A program made the position numbers and the translations under genes. A stretch of DNA of 32,504 nt from Pirellulales bacterium (lineage in GTDB: Bacteria; Planctomycetota; Planctomycetia; Pirellulales; UBA1268). This document shows positions 27,082 to 32,504 of this stretch, piece by piece. Numbering within the stretch: position 1 is the stretch's first letter; every line of letters starts with the position of its first letter. The stretch lies in assembly GCA_040397635.1 (NCBI GenBank), contig JBBAVO010000006.1, forward strand, positions 1 to 32,504, read 5' to 3'. The notes beneath the pieces are model-generated. The model was not told the origin of the DNA. It saw only the letters and a program-made list of their open reading frames with translations, and searched no databases.

Positions 27082-28809
27082 CTATTCGACGAAGTCGTCT
27101 GCCGCTTCTTTTGCGTAAATCACGCCTTTGCCGAAATAGACTTCCAGGGTCATGGTCGCCATCGATGTGATGTAGAGCCGTCCACCAACTTCGGCCGCGT
27201 GGCCGGCATCCATACCCTTGAAGAAACTTCCTTTTTGATGCCCTTCCGTCACTTGGGCTTTATGGAGCATCGGTATCAAGGCGGTTTGCCATGCCGCCCA
27301 CTCTGTTGGAAGTTGATTCTGAAGGTGATACAGAACCTGAGTGGCGTAATAGGTGTAGTACATGTCACTCGTTGGTCCACGTTTGGCGAGAGACCGTGCG
27401 CCTCGGAGAAGCGCTTCGTTGTCTCGCTTCCATCCAGTGAAGATACGGCAGAGTAGCCCAGCGCCCGTGAGCGCCGGTCTCACTGAGGCGGGGTCGGAAT
27501 AGCCGTATGCCGCACCTCCGTCTGACTGGACGGAATCCAAGAATGACACCGCCTTCTTAACCGTAAGCGGATTGACCCGAAGATACGACATGTTTGCGCT
27601 CTTCAGCGCCACCATTTGCCAAGCAACGATTGACGTGTCGCCGGGGCGTTTTGGTTGATAGCCCCACCCACCGCCTGCTGGATCCTGGGCGGCCATAATA
27701 AAGTCGATCGCCATTTGTGCCGGCACTTGCAGCCGTTTGTCCTGAGACATGGCATAGCCCTCGCTCAGGACCGCGGCAGTGAGGGCCTGCGAGTACATGT
27801 CACCGCCCTTGTGATAGGCCTTGCCCTTGCCCTCGATGACGTTTCGAGCCAGGAAAGCCAGTCCCGACTCGACCTTCGGTCGGTGATCGATCTTGGTTTT
27901 GGGGCGGGCACCGCCATGGATGTATCCCTTCATGAGCGACGGCCAGAGAGCCAATGCCGTCGCGGCCACACGGTCATTCAGGTGCCCCTTGTTTTTCGGA
28001 TTGTCGCACTGACCCTGACACGACGGGTTTTTGCTGCAGTCGAACGACCAGCCACCGTCCGGCAGTTGGTGGTCCCAGAGCCAATGGATTGCTTCCTCGG
28101 AGTCTTTGTCGATTTGCTGTTCGAGCTCCACCGTATAGATCCCGCGCATCCCCGATCGCACCATGTCAGAGCGGATCACCGAGCTTGTCCGTCCGCCAAG
28201 GCCTGCTGCAGTTCCGCCAGCGGTGCCCACGGCAGAGAGCAGATCTGTTGATGCCGCCACTTCCATCGAAATGTCGGCAATCTCCACCGAGGTCTGCGAG
28301 GCATCCAACTCATCGGCCTGCGTAACCACCTCAACTTCGCGGACCTCAGCACTGGCTGGCAAAATCATCAATTCGGCCGTCTCTTGGTCAGGAACAACGG
28401 GCTGATCCTCGACGACCTCCTCGAACTCCTCGAAGTTTTCCTCGACCTCCGGCGCGCTGGCGGTGATCATCCGCGGGGCTTCGGGCTTGGGCACCTCGTT
28501 GACGACGAGCGCCATCGAGAGCAGCACGATGATGTGCACCAGCATGCTGACCGCCCAGGCTGGCGCCATCGAGAGAAGGCCCGACACAGACGACCTCCGC
28601 GGAGCGGCGATCTCAGCCACTGCCGCAGCAGGCGGCGCGGCGGGGTGAGCGGCCGCGGCGGGAGCAGCCGGCTTGGGAATCACCGGCGCGGGCTTGGCAC
28701 CGCTGGCTGCCGCTGGCTTGGCCGCAGCCGACGGGGGGACTTTCGCAGGAGGCTGTCCCTGCGACGGATTGCCAGGATTCGGGGGGGGAGTGCTGTCCAT
28801 GGCTGTCAT
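27082..28809 (-). CDS. Membrane-anchored prenyltransferase/squalene oxidase repeat protein (paralog 2)
   Basis: Pro/Ala-rich N-terminus, single TM, Glu-rich linker, WLWDHQLPDGGW, AQDPAGGGWGY, GDTSIVAWQ, LEVY. Confidence 0.85.
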   Translation of the reverse strand: MTAMDSTPPPNPGNPSQGQPPAKVPPSAAAKPAAASGAKPAPVIPKPAAPAAAAHPAAPPAAAVAEIAAPRRSSVSGLLSMAPAWAVSMLVHIIVLLSMALVVNEVPKPEAPRMITASAPEVEENFEEFEEVVEDQPVVPDQETAELMILPASAEVREVEVVTQADELDASQTSVEIADISMEVAASTDLLSAVGTAGGTAAGLGGRTSSVIRSDMVRSGMRGIYTVELEQQIDKDSEEAIHWLWDHQLPDGGWSFDCSKNPSCQGQCDNPKNKGHLNDRVAATALALWPSLMKGYIHGGARPKTKIDHRPKVESGLAFLARNVIEGKGKAYHKGGDMYSQALTAAVLSEGYAMSQDKRLQVPAQMAIDFIMAAQDPAGGGWGYQPKRPGDTSIVAWQMVALKSANMSYLRVNPLTVKKAVSFLDSVQSDGGAAYGYSDPASVRPALTGAGLLCRIFTGWKRDNEALLRGARSLAKRGPTSDMYYTYYATQVLYHLQNQLPTEWAAWQTALIPMLHKAQVTEGHQKGSFFKGMDAGHAAEVGGRLYITSMATMTLEVYFGKGVIYAKEAADDFVE

Positions 28810-28908
28810 ACATTTTGATCGCGGGAAATCGGCCGTCGCCCCGTGCGACCCCGTTCGAGAACCGCCTCATCATACTACCGTGTCGAATAATGCGGTCGCA
28901 AACGCCAG

Positions 28909-28956
28909 GTGGACTGGATCGTGGATTGGATCGTGGACTGGATTGAGGACCGGATA
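28909..28956 (+). repeat. Four imperfect 12-nt tandem repeats
   Basis: GTGGACTGGATC, GTGGATTGGATC, GTGGACTGGATT, GAGGACCGGATA. Confidence 0.8.
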
Positions 28957-29107
28957 AAGGACGGCCGATCTGGAGGCCGCCAGGAAGCGGGCAGGATTCG
29001 GAAAACGCCCGGATCAGGCCCGTCTCCAGCGTCCGGCTGGCGGCGCGGCCGGTCGAGGAGTACGATCCGAAATCCCACGTCCCAGGAATTTCGCAAGGAT
29101 TAGGTCT

Positions 29108-29272
29108 ATGGCCAAGGGCAAAAAGAGACTCGAAGTGATCCATCTCGTCTGCGCGGAGACGGGCGACCAAAACTACACCCTGCGACGCAAGTCGGGCGGG
29201 GAGAAACTCAAGGTGAAGAAGTATTCACCGCGGCTGAGGAAGCACACGCTCCACAACGAAAAGAAGAAGTAG
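29108..29272 (+). CDS. rpmG: 50S ribosomal protein L33 (54 aa)
   Basis: Manual translation MAKGKKRLEVIHLVCAETGDQNYTLRRKSGGEKLKVKKYSPRLRKHTLHNEKKK; too short to appear in the ORF track. Confidence 0.95.
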   Translation: MAKGKKRLEVIHLVCAETGDQNYTLRRKSGGEKLKVKKYSPRLRKHTLHNEKKK

Positions 29273-29311
29273 GAACGGGCCGCGGTCACCCGCACGATTC
29301 ATCTGCAGGGT

Positions 29312-30436
29312 TCATCCGCAAGAGGCGAGGATCCTAGACAGTTGGGCCGACCTTTCGGCTGCGGCAGCCTCCAGTTCGTGGATCTGATCGGCCTGACGGC
29401 GGAGTGAGGGCTCAGCTTCGCCTTCGATCATGAGCAGGCGACATTCCGCCTTTCGCTCGAACCGACCGCGGCCGGGCCGCAGCACGATTTCCACCTCACA
29501 GGGTTCGCCCGCCGCCGCCTGTGGCGCGTCTGCCAGCAGGGCGAGAACCTCGCGGCCCAGCGGTGTGTCGGGTGCATCGGCCGGGAGTCCCCAGATCAGA
29601 TCGTGTGTCGAGCGGTCCAGGAGTCCGTGGCGGCAGCGTTTCAGTCGCCCGCGGCGGAGAAAGTAGGGCACGTTCACGCCGTCCCGCCACCGGGGTGTGG
29701 CCGACGTGTCTACCGGGTGCCAGACGTGCAGCGACCAGGTGCGGTCGAGGATCGACTCCAGCCGCACGCCCACGGCACGGAGCCGCAGGCCGAGATCGTC
29801 GTCCTCCTGCCCCCAGCCCACGAACCGCTCATCGCAGCCGTTCACTGCCTCGAAGTCGCGCCGCCACATGCCGCAGTTGCCGCCCGCGAGCCGTGGCTTC
29901 GACGGGTGCCGGATTGCCGCATGCCACCAGGCCTTGCGGAAGCGTTGTGTCAGCAGCCGTCGTTCGGAGGCGGGAGCGAGCGCCGGCAGGTCGGTCGCGG
30001 CGATGGTGGCTGTGTCGAGTCGTGCGCTCGTGTCTTCTGGGAGTCGGGCGCAATAACCGAGCAGAGCGCGGCCCGGGCGGCGACGTTCGAGGTAGGCGGC
30101 CACGTGATCGCGGGGCAGGATGCAATCGCCATCGAGAAAGAGCAGGTAGTCGCTCTCGGTGAGGCGGGCACCGGCGTTGCGGGTGCGGGCGAGGCGGAAG
30201 CCGTCGTGGGGCTGCGACGTGAACCGCACAGGAAAGCGGGCCTGGGCGGCGAAGTCGTGGACAAGCGCGGCTGTGCCGTCGGTCGAACCGTCGTCGCTGA
30301 TGATCACCTCGAATCGACCGTCGACACCGGTCTGGGCCGCGATCGACGCGAGCACGAGCGCGAGGTGACGGGGCTTCTGAAACGTGTTCACGATCAACGC
30401 GACGTCGCGGGCCGACTGGGCGGGCTCATTGTTCAT
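29312..30436 (-). CDS. Glycosyltransferase family 2
   Basis: IISDDGSTDGT, RNAGA, LFLDGDC, ERFVGWGQEDDDLGLRL, HVWH; ATGA overlap with lpxK. Confidence 0.92.
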   Translation of the reverse strand: MNNEPAQSARDVALIVNTFQKPRHLALVLASIAAQTGVDGRFEVIISDDGSTDGTAALVHDFAAQARFPVRFTSQPHDGFRLARTRNAGARLTESDYLLFLDGDCILPRDHVAAYLERRRPGRALLGYCARLPEDTSARLDTATIAATDLPALAPASERRLLTQRFRKAWWHAAIRHPSKPRLAGGNCGMWRRDFEAVNGCDERFVGWGQEDDDLGLRLRAVGVRLESILDRTWSLHVWHPVDTSATPRWRDGVNVPYFLRRGRLKRCRHGLLDRSTHDLIWGLPADAPDTPLGREVLALLADAPQAAAGEPCEVEIVLRPGRGRFERKAECRLLMIEGEAEPSLRRQADQIHELEAAAAERSAQLSRILASCG

Positions 30437-31533
30437 GGGTGGACCATCCTTCCTGCGGCACGGGTCACCACCGGCTCCAGCAGCGCGTCGAGGCGGGCCA
30501 AGGAGTCGCCGCCCGGGATGATCTCCAAGGCGATCTCCAACGCGAAGAGCGGGATGTCTCCCAGCCGGTTGGTGCGAACCTTGACCAGATCCTTGAGCGT
30601 GGTCACGACCAGGTCGGCACGCAGTTCGGTCGCCCAGTCGCGGATCGCAGCGAGATCGGCGGCCGTGTAGGCATGGTGGTCGGGAAAGGGGCGGAAGCCG
30701 GCCAGGTCGGCACCGAGGTTCTCAAGCGATGTGCGGAATGCCGCCGGGTTGCCGATTCCCGCGAAGGCGACGATCCGTGCACCCGCCAGACGTCCGAGCG
30801 GCTGCGTGTCGGAGGTCGCTGATCGCAGCTGCACCGGGCGGTGCGTTGCCTCCACCCAGGCAGACGGCAGGGCACCCCGGCAGGCCTTGGTGAGAACGCG
30901 GCGAATCTCGCTGCGACGCTGGGCATCGACCGCCCCTGCTCGTGTCAGCACCGCGGCGTGGCCGCGGGCGAGGCCGGAGAGCGATTCCCGCAGCAGGCCG
31001 CGGGGAAAGAGATGGCCGCAACCAAAAGGGTCGGTGGCATCGACGGCGACGATGTCGAGGTCGCGGGCAAGACGACGGTGTTGGAAGCCGTCGTCGAGCA
31101 ACGCCACTTGCGCTCCCGCCGCTGCGGCGGCGCGGACTCCTGCGATGCGGTCGCGGTTGGCCACATGGGGCACGTCTGGCAGCAGGATGGCCAGTTCGGC
31201 CGCCTCGTCGCTCCGTTCCCCCCGGGCGGCCCCATAGCCACGGCTCACGATGGCAGGCCGCACGCCGTGGGCGGCCACCGCACGGGCCAGCCAGGCCACC
31301 AGTGGCGTCTTCCCTGTGCCACCGAGCGTAAGGTTGCCGACCGAAATGACTGGAATCGGCCCCGGGGTGATTGGCAGCAGGCCGTGATCGTAGGCCGCAT
31401 TGCGGCAGCCGATCGCCAGGCCGTAGGGAGCTGACAGTCCGGCCAGGGCGAGCCGTGCCAACGTCGGCCCCGCACCGCTGGCCGTGCCGTCCACCAGACG
31501 CTTGAAAGCCTCGGCGTCGGGGAGCAGGGTCAT
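30433..31533 (-). CDS. lpxK: Tetraacyldisaccharide 4'-kinase
   Basis: VISVGNLTLGGTGKTP, SRGYG, LLDDGFQHRRL, PRGLLRE, FPDHHAY, TTLKDLVK. Confidence 0.96.
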   Translation of the reverse strand: MTLLPDAEAFKRLVDGTASGAGPTLARLALAGLSAPYGLAIGCRNAAYDHGLLPITPGPIPVISVGNLTLGGTGKTPLVAWLARAVAAHGVRPAIVSRGYGAARGERSDEAAELAILLPDVPHVANRDRIAGVRAAAAAGAQVALLDDGFQHRRLARDLDIVAVDATDPFGCGHLFPRGLLRESLSGLARGHAAVLTRAGAVDAQRRSEIRRVLTKACRGALPSAWVEATHRPVQLRSATSDTQPLGRLAGARIVAFAGIGNPAAFRTSLENLGADLAGFRPFPDHHAYTAADLAAIRDWATELRADLVVTTLKDLVKVRTNRLGDIPLFALEIALEIIPGGDSLARLDALLEPVVTRAAGRMVHP

Positions 31534-31647
31534 TTTTCGGGAGTCCTTTGCCGGCAGGGCTGCCGTCTCAAGCCGCAGCAAAGCCTACCTTAGGCGGCTT
31601 TTCCGACGGCCGTCAACGCGGAGCGGGCGGATCGTCGCAGCTGCCGA

Positions 31648-31653
31648 TATAAT
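31648..31653 (+). promoter_or_regulatory. Consensus -10 element (TATAAT) 7 nt before the ATG at 31661
   Basis: gaTATAATtggcatcATG, with no Shine-Dalgarno. Confidence 0.5.
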
Positions 31654-31660
31654 TGGCATC

Positions 31661-32504
31661 ATGGCCACGGCTTCCCATCCACCCTCCGAGCCGCTCGCTG
31701 TCAGCACGTGGGCCGACGACGGCCAGTCCGACTCCAAGTCGGAACGCTACCTGGCCCGACGGCTGGCCGCGGCCAGTGCCGACTACAAGGGTGTCGCCCT
31801 CACCACGTTCCTGCTCGGCGCCGGTGTGGCCACGCTCGTCTGGGTGGCATGCGGCGTGGTGCTCGAGCACTGGCTCGTGCCTGGCGGCCTGGCCCGCTGG
31901 GCGCGATGGACGTGGCTCCTGACGGGGCTCGCGGCGATCGTGGCGGCGGGCGTCCGCTGGATTCTGCCGCTGATGCGGTATCGCGTGAATCTTGTCTACG
32001 CGGCGCGGGTGATCGAGAAGGAGCACCCCGAACTCCACAACGATCTCGTCAACACCGTGCTCGTCAAGGCGCATCCGGAGGGCAATGCTGCCACGGTCGT
32101 GAAGTCGCTCGAGCGGCGGGCCGCCAAGCGGCTCTCGTCGGTGCCGGCGGAGTCGGTCATCGATCGGTCTCTGGCGGTTGGGCTGGCGTATGCGTTGGCT
32201 GCGCTCGTGGGGCTGGCCTGCGTCTACTCGTTGGTGGCGCCGAAGAGTCTGCTGACCACCACGGCCCGGCTGCTCGCGCCGTGGGCCCGCGTTGCCGCGC
32301 CGACGCGGGTGAGGCTCGAGCCACCGCGGCTGCGATGGCGGATGCCCGGCGAGGACGCAGCGCCAGTCGGGCCCGGTGCCGGCGCGGACGCGGCGACCAG
32401 TGACGGCGATGGCGACGGCGATGGCAGCGATCCGCACGATCCAAGAAATATCAAGGTCGAAGCGGGCGGTGCCACGCTGGTACGGGGTCGGCAGCTTGTG
32501 GTGA
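31661..32504 (+). CDS. Membrane protein, N-terminal part (DUF4175-like architecture), runs off the right edge
   Basis: Open frame from ATG 31661: MATASHPP...LEHWLVPGGL...YAARVIEKEHPELHNDLVN, with three TM segments. Not in the ORF track because it has no stop in the window. Confidence 0.75.
   Translation, partial: MATASHPPSEPLAVSTWADDGQSDSKSERYLARRLAAASADYKGVALTTFLLGAGVATLVWVACGVVLEHWLVPGGLARWARWTWLLTGLAAIVAAGVRWILPLMRYRVNLVYAARVIEKEHPELHNDLVNTVLVKAHPEGNAATVVKSLERRAAKRLSSVPAESVIDRSLAVGLAYALAALVGLACVYSLVAPKSLLTTTARLLAPWARVAAPTRVRLEPPRLRWRMPGEDAAPVGPGAGADAATSDGDGDGDGSDPHDPRNIKVEAGGATLVRGRQLVV

Noticed and set aside
25313-28809. Squalene-hopene cyclase or hopanoid biosynthesis genes
   Set aside because: Only one barrel-sized domain per protein, no DxDD catalytic motif, and an N-terminal anchor with long linker.

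Overview
GC-rich bacterial chromosomal segment, almost certainly from a planctomycete. Diagnostic families are a DUF1559 pseudopilin-like protein, a PVC-type multiheme cytochrome/beta-propeller pair, membrane-anchored prenyltransferase-fold proteins and a sulfatase. It holds about 29 CDSs, mostly housekeeping: dgt, HIT, hemW, scpA, rplM-rpsI, proB, purF, trmB, fabZ-like, rpmG and lpxK. rpmG and two edge-truncated genes are absent from the ORF track, and a 32-aa bL37-like ribosomal protein sits inside a longer track ORF. No rRNA, tRNA, transposase, integrase or CRISPR array was seen. The main leads are: (i) a near-consensus sigma70 promoter with a Fur-box-like operator driving the DUF1559 gene, divergent from an ABC exporter whose permease has periplasmic HxH repeats; (ii) two tandem prenyltransferase-fold proteins with a TonB-like SxxxH anchor and long linker; (iii) a highly structured ~280-nt intergenic region with CAGGAUG hairpin loops, plus GGA-rich leaders that hint at CsrA-type regulation; (iv) a secreted protein with thioester-domain-like motifs; (v) REP-like palindromic arrays. 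All calls come from reading motifs by eye; no database search was run.
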